IMG/VR virus record: IMGVR_UViG_3300047388_000423
Span: 161 to 64,160 of that record
Direction: 5' to 3' (one strand)
From: a virus
Taxonomy: Duplodnaviria; Caudoviricetes
Length of the DNA: 64,000 nucleotides
Part shown: positions 29,409 through 39,005 of the stretch, one piece after another
Layout: each line of letters opens with the position of its first letter
Numbering within the stretch: the first letter of the stretch is position 1
Position numbers and translations under genes: made by a program
Notes under the pieces: generated by a model
Database searches by the model: none
The model's input: only the letters and a program-made list of their open reading frames with translations
Told to the model about the DNA's origin: nothing

Positions 29409-32400
29409 TGGACGACGGCTGGGACGAATTTCGAGTACAAGAACCAATAGAACCGCCGCCTCCTCTTCCGACTGCTCAGGATGAGTGGGCGGCATTCCGT
29501 ACTGCTCCGGTAGCCGCTCCGGCTGCTCAGGATGAGTGGGCGGCATTTCGTACCGCTGCTCCAAAACCTGCGCCTGCGGATGAGTGGGCAACGTTTCGCA
29601 CCCAGCAACCCACGAAACAAGAACCGGCACCGGAAGCCGAGGGTACCCTCGGTACCATCACGCGCAAGGTGGCTCATAACGTTCTGCCTACGCTAGCGGC
29701 CATAGGTACTGGCGTGGTTACGTCACCGGCAGGACCGTGGGTCGCAGTCCCGGCAGCGATCGCTGCCTTCTGGGGGACGTCGGAAGCGCAAGAACGGGGA
29801 CTCAAGGCTCTTGGATACAGTGATGAACATCAGATGGCGATCAATGCCAAAACCAATCCGAAATCGGATATCGCCGCCGATGTTCTGACGGCAGCAGCGC
29901 CGTTCGGCGTCGGACCCAAGCTTGCGTTGGGTCAACGGGCACTGGGCGCCGCTATTGGAACGGGCCTGGAAGGGGTCGGGCAATATCAGAAGGGAGAACT
30001 CGATCCTACTCGCCTTGCCGCCGCTGCAGGGACCGGACTTCTGTTCAACCAGCCAAGAGCCTTCACCCAGAAATTTGAGAGCGCCGTAGGCGCCGTTGCT
30101 GGACGAGTCACCAATCGTCCCGAGCTTTGGCAGCAACCTCAGCCGCATGGCTCACCTGGACCGGAGTCATCGGTCGGGATTGCCGAGCAGGCAACGCCGG
30201 CAACTACGGCGGAAAGCCAGACGGGCGATCCACAGAATAAGGTGACCCGCAGCGAACGCGACTATCCGGCAGCAGGTATCGAGCCAGCCGCGCCTGGTGG
30301 TGGAGTTCACGTCGGCGACGTCGATCCGACCTTAAAGGCTGCGCTGGATGCCAAAACAGCCGACACAGCGCCACCGGCAGCGGAAGCACCTCCGATTGCG
30401 GAACCACAGCGCCCGCCCATGATGGCACCGGCGGAGGACGCACGAGTGATGCCAGAGATGGCAGCTCCCACAACGCCGCGTGAAGCCATCGAACAGCGCG
30501 CGCCCAGAACTGAAGCGGAGGAGACAGCTCCGCCACCGGCCGGCACCGCAGTCGGCAAGGTCGGTGATTTCACGATCCTGCGTGAAACCGGTCCGCAGGG
30601 TAAATCAAATTGGCATGCGATCGACCCTGAAACCGGCCAGCCGATCCATGACGAGCCGTTCACTTCCCGGCAACAGGCAGCCAATGCCGCCCATGACGAG
30701 ATCCAGCGCCGGCGGACGATCCCGGAAGAGGAGCTGGGACCGGAAGGGACACCTACATCCGTCGGTGCTGCCGCGGCTCCGCCGCCCGGCGCTCCGCTGG
30801 TAACTCAACCGTCGCTGCGGGCCAGGCTGACGGAGAGTGTCCGGACTGGCATCGACAATCTCCTCGATGTCGGCCGCAGCATCGGTCGTGATTTGCAAAT
30901 GAAGATCGCGCCAATGGCGACGGGGTCCGGGGAGGCCATGACCCTCGTCAAGGATCACGCCAATCTGAACCGCCGGATCGATACCGAATGGTTGGCTCAT
31001 GACCATTATCTGGAGCGGACATTCAGCCCAGAAGATCGCAAGAACATGTGGCGTGCCGCCGATGAAGAGAACAGCATGCGACAGCGCGGTGAAGTCAACG
31101 AACACATGGGGATTGCCAGGCTGACGCCCGAGCAACGTGCAGCGGTTGAGTCATTCCAACCCAAGGCTCGCGAACTCTGGGAACAGGCGCGGAAAGCCGG
31201 CATGGTCGGAGAGGAAGCGGAGGGACTGCCGTATTACACCCCGCGCATCCTGATGAATATCGCGGAGCGGGAAGGCGGGCCTCGCACACTCGACCAGCGC
31301 GGCGGCTTGAGCACCACGTCTTCAGGATTGAAGCGCCGCAAGTACATGGAGGCGGAAGAGACCGAAGCCGCCGCCAAGGCCAAATTCGGCGAGCAGGCCG
31401 AGATCGCACAAGATATTCGCACCATGCCGCTGGCGCTGGCGCAGATGGAAAAAGCCATCGCCGGTCGGCAACTGATCAACAAGATCAAGGAGACCAGTAA
31501 AATAACCGGCGAACCGGCAGTTGTCGAAGGACACAACCCCGGAGAAGGCTGGTTTCATATCAACCATCCAGCGTTCTTCACGTCGCGTCCGAGATTTGAA
31601 ACGGTCGAGGGCAAAAAAATTCCGTTGCTCGACCAGGATGGCAGCCTGATATTCGACAGGGTGCCGCTTTGGGTCCGCGGCGATTTCGAAGGACCGCTCA
31701 AATCATTTATGACTGGGGAGATCGGCAAGACTTACAAAGCGATGATGGATCTCAAGGGCCAGACCATGTCGGTCGTCATGTATTCGCCGATGATCCATAA
31801 CATGGTGGAGTTTGGCCGAGCATTCCCGGCAGCCCCAGGGAAGGTCGCAACCTTTCGAATTTATTTCGAGGGTAATGCTGCCAAGCAAGGCCGGCCGTAT
31901 GACGGTACGCTCCGATATATGTACGACCATCTATTCACCGATAAACATCAGATCCCGAAAACCGCATCGCCGACGATGCTGGAAGCCGTCGATGCCGGCC
32001 TGGTGCCGATCGGCAAGCGGTTCTTCAATCAAGAAATCTCCTCGATCATGGAGCAGCCGAACCTCACGCCTGGCCGGTCGTTGACTGCCAAGATATTGGG
32101 TCTCGTTCCTGACTTGTTTGATCCCCGCGCCGGCGACGCCGTCAAACGCTCGATCGATCGTATGGGGGATATCTGGCACAACACATTGTTGTGGGATCGT
32201 ATCGGCGATCTGCAGATGGGGCTGTACGTCAATGTCCGTGATGCGGCGATAAAAGACGGTCATATGCCAATCGTTGCCCAGCGCATGGCTGCGCACATCG
32301 CCAACCGCTATGCCGGTGCGCTGCCGAAGGAAGCAATGTCGGCTTCGGCGCAAAAGATCGCCAATATGACTCTGTTTTCGCGCTCGTTTACTCTGGGCAA

Positions 32401-33406
32401 CATCGGCGTGATGAAGGATGCGTTCACCGGCCTGCCACGCGATGTACAGGCACAGATCGCCCGTGACATCGGCACCACCGATCCACGAGCTGCGGATTTC
32501 GCCAAGTCGATGGCGCGGCGAAAAGCGATTGCCGTTGTCGCGCTCGACGTTGGGCTGATGTACGTCATGAACTCGCTGCTGCAAAGCGGTGCCAATACGC
32601 TGCTGGGTGACAAATCGATAGGCGAAGAAGCGCAAGGCTATGTGCGTCGGTTCAATGATTTGATGCAGCGTGTAAAGGAGAGTCCATCGACCGTCCTGCA
32701 GCCGTTTTCAATGGCCGAGTCACTGTCCTCCACGGCTGAGAACGAACCTGGTAAGCAGGACCGCATCATGGTTGGCAAGACCAAGGAGGGTCAGGCGATC
32801 TATGCCCGCAATCCGGTCGGCAAGATCGGTGAAGAATTTACCGGATGGTTGGCACATCCCGCCGCCAAGCTTCAGTCAAAACTCAGCACGACCGTCAGGC
32901 CGATCTGGCAGATCCTGGATAACGACAAGGGATTTGGCCGCAAGGTCTACGATCCGCACCCCGATACGATAGCAAAATATGCCGGAGTTATCGGGAATAT
33001 TGCCAAGCATTTCATTGCTGCGCAAACACCGGAAGGCGCGCTCACTGCCACCAAGGAGCTTTTAACTGGGCAGGGCGATAAGCTCAGCGCCGCCCAGGCA
33101 CTTGCCCCGTTTACCGGTGTGACAGTCAGCAAGGGGCATCCGGGCGGTCCGGCTGCAGGGGAACTGGCGCGCGTGAAGGAAAACCAGGATTTCATCAAAC
33201 AACAGGCAATGCCGGAAATCCGAAAACTGGTTCAGTCCGGCAATCAGGCCAAAGCCCGTGAAATGATGAATGACCTGAAGATCCCGTTTGGTGAGCAGAA
33301 ATTTATCCTTAATCCGCACATCACGCCACGACAGGTACGAACCATGAACCGACTGGGTACACCTGAACAGCAGGAGCGTTTCCGGCGGGCGCGAGAAGGG
33401 GGTTGA
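29408..33406 (+). CDS. large putative ejection protein
   Basis: 1332 aa, helical; N-terminal DEWA(A/T)FR repeats. Confidence 0.65.
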   Translation: MDDGWDEFRVQEPIEPPPPLPTAQDEWAAFRTAPVAAPAAQDEWAAFRTAAPKPAPADEWATFRTQQPTKQEPAPEAEGTLGTITRKVAHNVLPTLAAIGTGVVTSPAGPWVAVPAAIAAFWGTSEAQERGLKALGYSDEHQMAINAKTNPKSDIAADVLTAAAPFGVGPKLALGQRALGAAIGTGLEGVGQYQKGELDPTRLAAAAGTGLLFNQPRAFTQKFESAVGAVAGRVTNRPELWQQPQPHGSPGPESSVGIAEQATPATTAESQTGDPQNKVTRSERDYPAAGIEPAAPGGGVHVGDVDPTLKAALDAKTADTAPPAAEAPPIAEPQRPPMMAPAEDARVMPEMAAPTTPREAIEQRAPRTEAEETAPPPAGTAVGKVGDFTILRETGPQGKSNWHAIDPETGQPIHDEPFTSRQQAANAAHDEIQRRRTIPEEELGPEGTPTSVGAAAAPPPGAPLVTQPSLRARLTESVRTGIDNLLDVGRSIGRDLQMKIAPMATGSGEAMTLVKDHANLNRRIDTEWLAHDHYLERTFSPEDRKNMWRAADEENSMRQRGEVNEHMGIARLTPEQRAAVESFQPKARELWEQARKAGMVGEEAEGLPYYTPRILMNIAEREGGPRTLDQRGGLSTTSSGLKRRKYMEAEETEAAAKAKFGEQAEIAQDIRTMPLALAQMEKAIAGRQLINKIKETSKITGEPAVVEGHNPGEGWFHINHPAFFTSRPRFETVEGKKIPLLDQDGSLIFDRVPLWVRGDFEGPLKSFMTGEIGKTYKAMMDLKGQTMSVVMYSPMIHNMVEFGRAFPAAPGKVATFRIYFEGNAAKQGRPYDGTLRYMYDHLFTDKHQIPKTASPTMLEAVDAGLVPIGKRFFNQEISSIMEQPNLTPGRSLTAKILGLVPDLFDPRAGDAVKRSIDRMGDIWHNTLLWDRIGDLQMGLYVNVRDAAIKDGHMPIVAQRMAAHIANRYAGALPKEAMSASAQKIANMTLFSRSFTLGNIGVMKDAFTGLPRDVQAQIARDIGTTDPRAADFAKSMARRKAIAVVALDVGLMYVMNSLLQSGANTLLGDKSIGEEAQGYVRRFNDLMQRVKESPSTVLQPFSMAESLSSTAENEPGKQDRIMVGKTKEGQAIYARNPVGKIGEEFTGWLAHPAAKLQSKLSTTVRPIWQILDNDKGFGRKVYDPHPDTIAKYAGVIGNIAKHFIAAQTPEGALTATKELLTGQGDKLSAAQALAPFTGVTVSKGHPGGPAAGELARVKENQDFIKQQAMPEIRKLVQSGNQAKAREMMNDLKIPFGEQKFILNPHITPRQVRTMNRLGTPEQQERFRRAREGG

Positions 33407-33407
33407 T

Positions 33408-33620
33408 ATGGCTGCTATGGCAATACAACTTTTGTGGTTGTTAATCGGGGCGATCATTTTGGCGGGAGTGATCTGGCTGGTGCTTTACGGAATAAAACAA
33501 TTCATCACGCCCATACCAGAAAGACTTGAACAGGGAATTTGGTTTATCTTTCTGCTTCTGATCATCATCTATGCGATCGCTGCTTTTGTAAGCGGTGGCG
33601 TTCCACATCCCTTTCGATAA
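33408..33620 (+). CDS. two-TM small membrane protein
   Basis: Two hydrophobic helices. Confidence 0.7.
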   Translation: MAAMAIQLLWLLIGAIILAGVIWLVLYGIKQFITPIPERLEQGIWFIFLLLIIIYAIAAFVSGGVPHPFR

Positions 33621-33690
33621 GGAATCCCAAGTGGAGCCGTTGCCGCCTCATCTGCCGCCGCCACCTAGTATCTGCAAGGGATGCTAGACC

Positions 33691-33882
33691 GTGAAGAAAC
33701 TGTCGCACGAAAAAGTCGACTACCGGTTGTCCACGTTCAAGACAAAGCGATGCGGTACCTGCAGCATGTACATTGCCAAAATTCCGCTGGACTGCACCTT
33801 GGTGGAGCAGCCGATCCGTCCAGCAGACGTCTGTAATCGGTTTCAGCCGAAGAAGGGAGCCGCCAATGCCGAACGTGAGTGA
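33691..33882 (+). CDS. HiPIP-like 4-Cys protein
   Basis: V.Y...CGTCSMY...C.LV...I.P...C..F. Confidence 0.55.
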   Translation: MKKLSHEKVDYRLSTFKTKRCGTCSMYIAKIPLDCTLVEQPIRPADVCNRFQPKKGAANAERE

Positions 33883-34027
33883 AAGCCAGAGGCGCGCGAT
33901 GGCCGCTGCTGCGCGGGGGAAATCAACCTTAGACATCCCGCAGAAGGTGGGGAAAGAATTCATGAAAGCAGACAAGGGCGGGAAGCTTCCGCCGAAGGCT
34001 CCGAAGAAGAAAGGATCTTCGAAATGA
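33866..34027 (+). CDS. small basic phage protein
   Basis: MP..S..Q.R.MAAAA...IPQ.VGKEF..AD motif. Confidence 0.7.
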   Translation: MPNVSESQRRAMAAAARGKSTLDIPQKVGKEFMKADKGGKLPPKAPKKKGSSK

Positions 34028-34374
34028 GAAATTCCTCTGCAGGCTACAAACACTCAGATCCGATCCACCTGGATTACGGCAGGACCGCCGACGGTTCGCT
34101 GTTGGCCAAGCGTAAAGGCTTTGCCGAAGGCGGTGACGTTGAAGACGTCGCCGGACGCCGTAAACCAAAGATGTATTCACCGGTCGATCCGGCAAAAATT
34201 GATCCGGCGGTCGAGAACACCTGGGCGCGGGTGAACAGGGAGGAATATGATAAAGATCCTGCAGGCGAAATTCCGCCGCCCAAGGACGCGGAGAGCGTGG
34301 ACCGCAATCGGCTCGATGCCGATGAATTCATGATCAACCGGAAGCCAAGCGATTATTGGCACCGTCGTATTTAG
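34024..34374 (+). CDS. hypothetical protein (FAEGG motif)
   Basis: ATGA overlap with the upstream gene. Confidence 0.55.
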   Translation: MRNSSAGYKHSDPIHLDYGRTADGSLLAKRKGFAEGGDVEDVAGRRKPKMYSPVDPAKIDPAVENTWARVNREEYDKDPAGEIPPPKDAESVDRNRLDADEFMINRKPSDYWHRRI

Positions 34375-34419
34375 AGAGGAAGTTTCCATGCGCGACACCA
34401 CCTGGAAAGGAATCAAACG

Positions 34420-34611
34420 ATGGCCCTGACTTACAAAGGTACCGGACCACTCGATGCCAAATACGCAAAGGGCGGCCCCGAGGTGACGACCAGATCGCGT
34501 TTCATGAAAACGCCCGATGTGTTCCGCACCTCGATCGAGCGGCAGGATTACAAGAAGGAAACACCTGGCGGCGAGATGTCCAAGACCATCGAGAAGGCGC
34601 CGCCGAAGTAG
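34420..34611 (+). CDS. hypothetical protein (YAKGG motif)
   Basis: AAGGA RBS. Confidence 0.55.
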   Translation: MALTYKGTGPLDAKYAKGGPEVTTRSRFMKTPDVFRTSIERQDYKKETPGGEMSKTIEKAPPK

Positions 34612-34614
34612 CGC

Positions 34615-36180
34615 CTACACCGGATCTTTCGGCTTTGTGAGACGGACGCGGCGTCGCTGGGGTGGGGGGCGGAGGTAGGCGTGAGGCGTCGGCTCTCCCT
34701 TTGAGCTGATGATCTTGTAAAGCGCATGATCGGGCTGCGGCGGCGCCGGGATTTCCCAGCACGCCTCGTGATAGTGGGTGTTGTAGGGGGTGCCGGCACC
34801 CAGCGAGAGCTTTCTTTGCTTGGCCTTGTAGAAGTATTCCAGTCCATTGACGATTTCACGAGCACTGTCCACGTGCTCACGCAAGTAATGTGTGAATGCC
34901 CTGCTGGATACGACAATCTGGCAGCTGTCACGGATAATCTGGATCACGACGACGCGGCCCTCGCCTGGTGGCTGCAGGATCTTGATCGGAAAGTGCCAAT
35001 GTTGGTAGCGCGTGCTGGTGAATAACGCCTGGCCGCTGTCGATGAAGTGGCTCACGAAGCTAAGCAGGGCACGTTCGGTGTCGACATAGGATCCAGCGCC
35101 AACGCCTTTGGCGGCCTTGGTGCCCTTGGTGCTGCGGATCCGGCGGTTATACCGATAGGCGTCTCGCAGGAAAGTTTCCATGGCGTCGATGTCCAGCTCG
35201 GCCCCCAGGCGCCGCGCCAGCGTAGCACCGGTCAACAGCACACCGCACAAGCTCCACCAATAGGACTCATCGATCGTGCCCTCGACCGATGCCGTGAATT
35301 TCTTGGTGATCGTGGAGACCATCGCATCGATCTTGTTGTGGGAGCGCGCCAATAGCTGGGCGTATTCGGCGCCGATCACCCCGTAATTATGCTCGAGTTC
35401 AGCGAAGATCTTGCTGGCATCCAGCCCGTCGATGATACCGGGTTCATTGGGCTTCTCCTTGAAATTGATCTCGAATATCCGGCGCATGGCGGCGGAGGAG
35501 GATTTCTTGTGGCAGATCAGGAACTCGACAAACGAAGCGTTGGAGCAGACCGCCAGCAAGGTCTGCCATTCCAGCCGGGCTTTCATGGAGCCGTCGCGGT
35601 TCAATCGTCCGCCTTCGGTGCCTTCGGCGGCAGTGAACAAGGTATGGAACAAATTATCCTGGTGGTGTCTGTCTTGGATATCGTCCAGATACGCCGGCAG
35701 GTTGCGAGTGCGTCCTAACCGTCCCTGCAACGCTTTCGGGGTCGAGTTCAGGCTCTCCCGGGTCTGCTTCGGGTGGCCCCAGACCGCGGTGGAGACCTGC
35801 TGCGCGGTCGACTTGGAGGTGCCGGGCTCGCCCCAGACGCTCAGCACGGCGCCGTAGAACGTGCCGGAGAACACCGTCAGCGGGGCGGCAAAGGCCAATG
35901 CGACCAGGACATCAAGCTCCGGCCGCTTACGATTGGTGAGCAGCCGGGCGGCCTTGATCCATGCCTCGCGCTTGCCTACGGGGGTGTACCATTTGCGGAA
36001 TTCGTCGTCGGCCGCCGTGACCAGCGGCGTGGTTTGGCCGTTCTCGTGATAGAACGTGTTGCCGAACGCGAACCCGATCCGCTTACCGTCCTCGTAGCGC
36101 CATCCCATGGTGCCGATATCGCGCACGGGGGCGTGGTCTTCCTTGCGCAGCTTGTCCAGCCAACTGACGTTTTCCAGCAT
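34615..36180 (-). CDS. DUF927-like helicase/ATPase lacking a primase N-terminus
   Basis: FAAPL, Walker A GEPGTSKST, LP..LDD, G.R, RR..E, NYG..G. Confidence 0.7.
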   Translation of the reverse strand: MLENVSWLDKLRKEDHAPVRDIGTMGWRYEDGKRIGFAFGNTFYHENGQTTPLVTAADDEFRKWYTPVGKREAWIKAARLLTNRKRPELDVLVALAFAAPLTVFSGTFYGAVLSVWGEPGTSKSTAQQVSTAVWGHPKQTRESLNSTPKALQGRLGRTRNLPAYLDDIQDRHHQDNLFHTLFTAAEGTEGGRLNRDGSMKARLEWQTLLAVCSNASFVEFLICHKKSSSAAMRRIFEINFKEKPNEPGIIDGLDASKIFAELEHNYGVIGAEYAQLLARSHNKIDAMVSTITKKFTASVEGTIDESYWWSLCGVLLTGATLARRLGAELDIDAMETFLRDAYRYNRRIRSTKGTKAAKGVGAGSYVDTERALLSFVSHFIDSGQALFTSTRYQHWHFPIKILQPPGEGRVVVIQIIRDSCQIVVSSRAFTHYLREHVDSAREIVNGLEYFYKAKQRKLSLGAGTPYNTHYHEACWEIPAPPQPDHALYKIISSKGEPTPHAYLRPPPQRRRVRLTKPKDPV

Positions 36181-36226
36181 GTTTATGGTCTCCTGCCGGC
36201 CATCTTATTTGGGATAATTTAAAACG

Positions 36227-36250
36227 AAAAGCCCGGCACGCTGGCCGGGC
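36227..36250 (-). terminator. intrinsic terminator (- strand)
   Basis: GCCCGGC-loop-GCCGGGC followed by TTTT on the - strand. Confidence 0.6.
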
Positions 36251-36282
36251 GGATCGCAAGTAAGATTTGGTGATGAAATTGG

Positions 36283-37212
36283 TTATTTCTTTTCCCTCAA
36301 CGCACTAACCGCGCGCGCAAGAAGGGCTTCGGCTTCGGCGATCTTTGGCCGCAGGTAGTCGAGCGCCTCCGTCAACTGGGCGACGCTGCGTGGGTTGGGA
36401 TTGCGCAGCCAGTTGGAATCGACAGTTTTCCGTTCAGGAAATTCGCGGCACCTCTTGACGAGCGTCTTCATGTCGGACACCAGATCGTCAAACCGCATCG
36501 TGGCATACTCTTCTGCCGTGTGCTGGTTCACGTGACCGTACTTGGCGGCGAAATCCAGTGCTGTGCCGCAAAATTCAGGATCGACCTCTTTTGGTGTCAG
36601 ATGCTTGGGGGGCTGGTTCACAACTGTGTTTGAAACCAGCTTGGGACGCGGCAACGGTTGCGGTTTTGCTGTGCGCGATTTCCTTAGGGCACGAACCTTG
36701 ATAGCTGTTGCATTAAGCGTTTTCCGACCCGCGACAATATCTGCAACGTCATTCTCGTTCCCGTGCTGGCGAATTGCTCGTGCCCGCGCGACAGAGCCAT
36801 AGGAAACGCCAATGAGATCGGCGGCATCTCGCAGGGTTTTGGTGTCGGAACTAGAGGGTCGTTCGGCCGAACAACCCTGTTCCTTGGCGCGATACTGATT
36901 ACTGCCATTCCGCAGCGTTGCCAGTGCCTCCGCAGCAAACGCGCGTTGTGCGATCGACAAATGCCGACGATGCTCATTGAGCGACGCTACCAATTTGAGC
37001 GCATCATCGTCAGTACTCACACCGGCATCTGCATATCGCGTCGTCACGCCAACTGCTTCGCAGGCGCGTTCACGGTTGCGTCCGTCAAGCACCATGTCTT
37101 TGTAGGTAATGACATTCATGCGCAGGCCGTTGGCCTTGATGTCGGCCTTGAGCTTCTCAAAATCTTCACCGCTCATCAGCGGCCAGATATCGCTATAGGG
37201 ATGATATTTCAT
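36283..37212 (-). CDS. ParB/Srx N-terminal domain + HTH protein
   Basis: HP....P.M...F..L..DIK.NG, LDGRNR..AC, SLN..RRHL. Confidence 0.75.
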   Translation of the reverse strand: MKYHPYSDIWPLMSGEDFEKLKADIKANGLRMNVITYKDMVLDGRNRERACEAVGVTTRYADAGVSTDDDALKLVASLNEHRRHLSIAQRAFAAEALATLRNGSNQYRAKEQGCSAERPSSSDTKTLRDAADLIGVSYGSVARARAIRQHGNENDVADIVAGRKTLNATAIKVRALRKSRTAKPQPLPRPKLVSNTVVNQPPKHLTPKEVDPEFCGTALDFAAKYGHVNQHTAEEYATMRFDDLVSDMKTLVKRCREFPERKTVDSNWLRNPNPRSVAQLTEALDYLRPKIAEAEALLARAVSALREKK

Positions 37213-37272
37213 GATGTTTTCCGCCTCGCGCGAAACAGGCGGGCATTGCTGCCCGCCTTTCTCTCGCTCAAA

Positions 37273-38319
37273 TCAGGCGGCCTCCTCGGCTTGCTCGCCA
37301 GTCGTAATGACCGGGAATTCCTCGTCGACCAGCAACGTCCAGCGGCGACCAAGCGGCTCCTGCGTATACCACGCATTGAATACCTTGATCATCGCAGCCA
37401 GCATATGGCGCGGCTTCATCGCCTTCTCCGAGCGATTATCCTTTTCCGCCAGCTTGTGCAGGGCGTGAAAGGGGCTCTCAGCCGCGTGCTCGGCAAGCGG
37501 CCGCGAGATCTCCTCGAAGAACTCGTCAGCCTTCTCTTCGCCATGCAGGTCGGTGATCCGCATGCCGAGATAGGCAACGATATCCTTGCGGTCGCCAAGC
37601 AAAGCCACCGCCTCATCCCAATCGGACGAAGCAGAGCGCGCCGCCTTGCGAGCGTTCGGATATTTGTTGACCAGTTCCAGCACATCGTGTGGAGACAGCC
37701 GTGGCAACTTCGTCAGCCCGGCTGACGGACTGTAGACGCCGTTACTCACCTCTTCGCCGATCTTGATCACCTTGACGATGACCGGCGAGACGCCGTTCAG
37801 GCCCGCCGTCTGCAACGCGGTGGCCGCAGTACGCGCGCGACCATTGTCGATGTAGGCGAACAGACCGGGCACCGGCTCGATCTCGGTAACAACGAACGTC
37901 TTGAACGTCGTACCGGAAATCACGCAGGCGTAAAGACGATGCTGCGAGTCCATCAGAATGCCGTTGGCATCCACAAGAACAGACTGGCCGGTCGCCTTCC
38001 ATTTACCGCTCGCCATCTGGTTTGCGTAATAAAAGATCGTGCCGGGATCGACTTTACGATTTGCGCCACCGGGATTACGCAGCAACAGGTTGATCGCAAT
38101 TGCCGGGGTGATCTCATTCCATCCGGTGATGACCGGGAGAGGTCCGAGATCGGCATTGGCTTCAATATTGGCCTTGATCGCCTCCTCGAAAGCCTCGACG
38201 AGAATGAGAACTTCCTTGGACTTGGGGTTGGCCAGATCGAGCACGAGCGTCGCGGGATCGTTCAGGTCGAACGCCGGACGCGCGTGTATTGCAGTTACGT
38301 TAGTCATCTTAGTCTCCAT
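37273..38319 (-). CDS. ParB-like (DGQHR-type) protein
   Basis: ITP..A..LL.N...NR.V......YA..M..G.W...G...DSQHRL.A. Confidence 0.65.
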   Translation of the reverse strand: METKMTNVTAIHARPAFDLNDPATLVLDLANPKSKEVLILVEAFEEAIKANIEANADLGPLPVITGWNEITPAIAINLLLRNPGGANRKVDPGTIFYYANQMASGKWKATGQSVLVDANGILMDSQHRLYACVISGTTFKTFVVTEIEPVPGLFAYIDNGRARTAATALQTAGLNGVSPVIVKVIKIGEEVSNGVYSPSAGLTKLPRLSPHDVLELVNKYPNARKAARSASSDWDEAVALLGDRKDIVAYLGMRITDLHGEEKADEFFEEISRPLAEHAAESPFHALHKLAEKDNRSEKAMKPRHMLAAMIKVFNAWYTQEPLGRRWTLLVDEEFPVITTGEQAEEAA

Positions 38320-38374
38320 TGTCGCGGGGGTTGCGCCATTATTGGCTGGCCGCGATGAATGGGGGGTATAGACC

Positions 38375-38391
38375 TACAGACACTGTCTGTA
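38375..38391. promoter_or_regulatory. palindromic operator TACAGACA-C-TGTCTGTA
   Basis: Perfect inverted repeat between divergent genes; extra half-site at 38401-38408. Confidence 0.6.
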
Positions 38392-38502
38392 AACACCCGA
38401 TGTCTGTAGGCAGTATTCTTACGGGCCACGTCACCGCGCGATAGGGGAAAAACTGCCACGACTGGTTGAATCCCGACGTCGTATCAGCCTATGTTCGGGC
38501 CC

Positions 38503-38769
38503 ATGACGAGGACGAATCAAGAAATTGTCGAGATGGTGACCGCGAAGGTGGGCGGGGAGAGCGCGCTGGCCAGGGCGCTCGGAATTAAAGTCCAGTCGGT
38601 TCAGAAGTGGAAAAAGATCCCGGCTGAGCGCATGCCGGCCGTCGAAGCGATCACCGGCATCTCGCGCGAAAAACTGCGGCCCGATCTCTTCATGGTCCAT
38701 GAGAGCAGGCGCACCCTCGTCGAGTTCAAAGAGCCGCGATCTGCGGGTAGCAAGAAAAAACGGCGCTAG
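38503..38769 (+). CDS. Cro/YdaS-like repressor
   Basis: GG..ALARALGI..QSV.KW..IPAER...VE..TG.....LRPD. Confidence 0.85.
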   Translation: MTRTNQEIVEMVTAKVGGESALARALGIKVQSVQKWKKIPAERMPAVEAITGISREKLRPDLFMVHESRRTLVEFKEPRSAGSKKKRR

Positions 38770-38793
38770 TGTTAGCAAACAAACACAGAACGC

Positions 38794-39000
38794 GGTCCCG
38801 GATTGGTCCCGGAAACCCCCGTAAAAGGGTGGCAATAACGGACACCGAGCGGCACAAAGCGCATTGAAATCGCAGTATTTTCCTATAATGACGCAAACCC
38901 GCCGTTATCGGCGGGTTAGTTGTAACTGGTTGTTTTTATAAGATTTTTCTGCTGTTAGTGGCTCGCGGTCCCGGAAACGGTCCCGGAAACGTGGTCCCGG
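38794..39000. other. putative attP with five GGTCCCGG arm-type repeats
   Basis: GGTCCCGG at 38794, 38805, 38967, 38979 and 38993 around an AT-rich centre, next to the int 3' end. Confidence 0.65.
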
Positions 39001-39005
39001 TTGTA

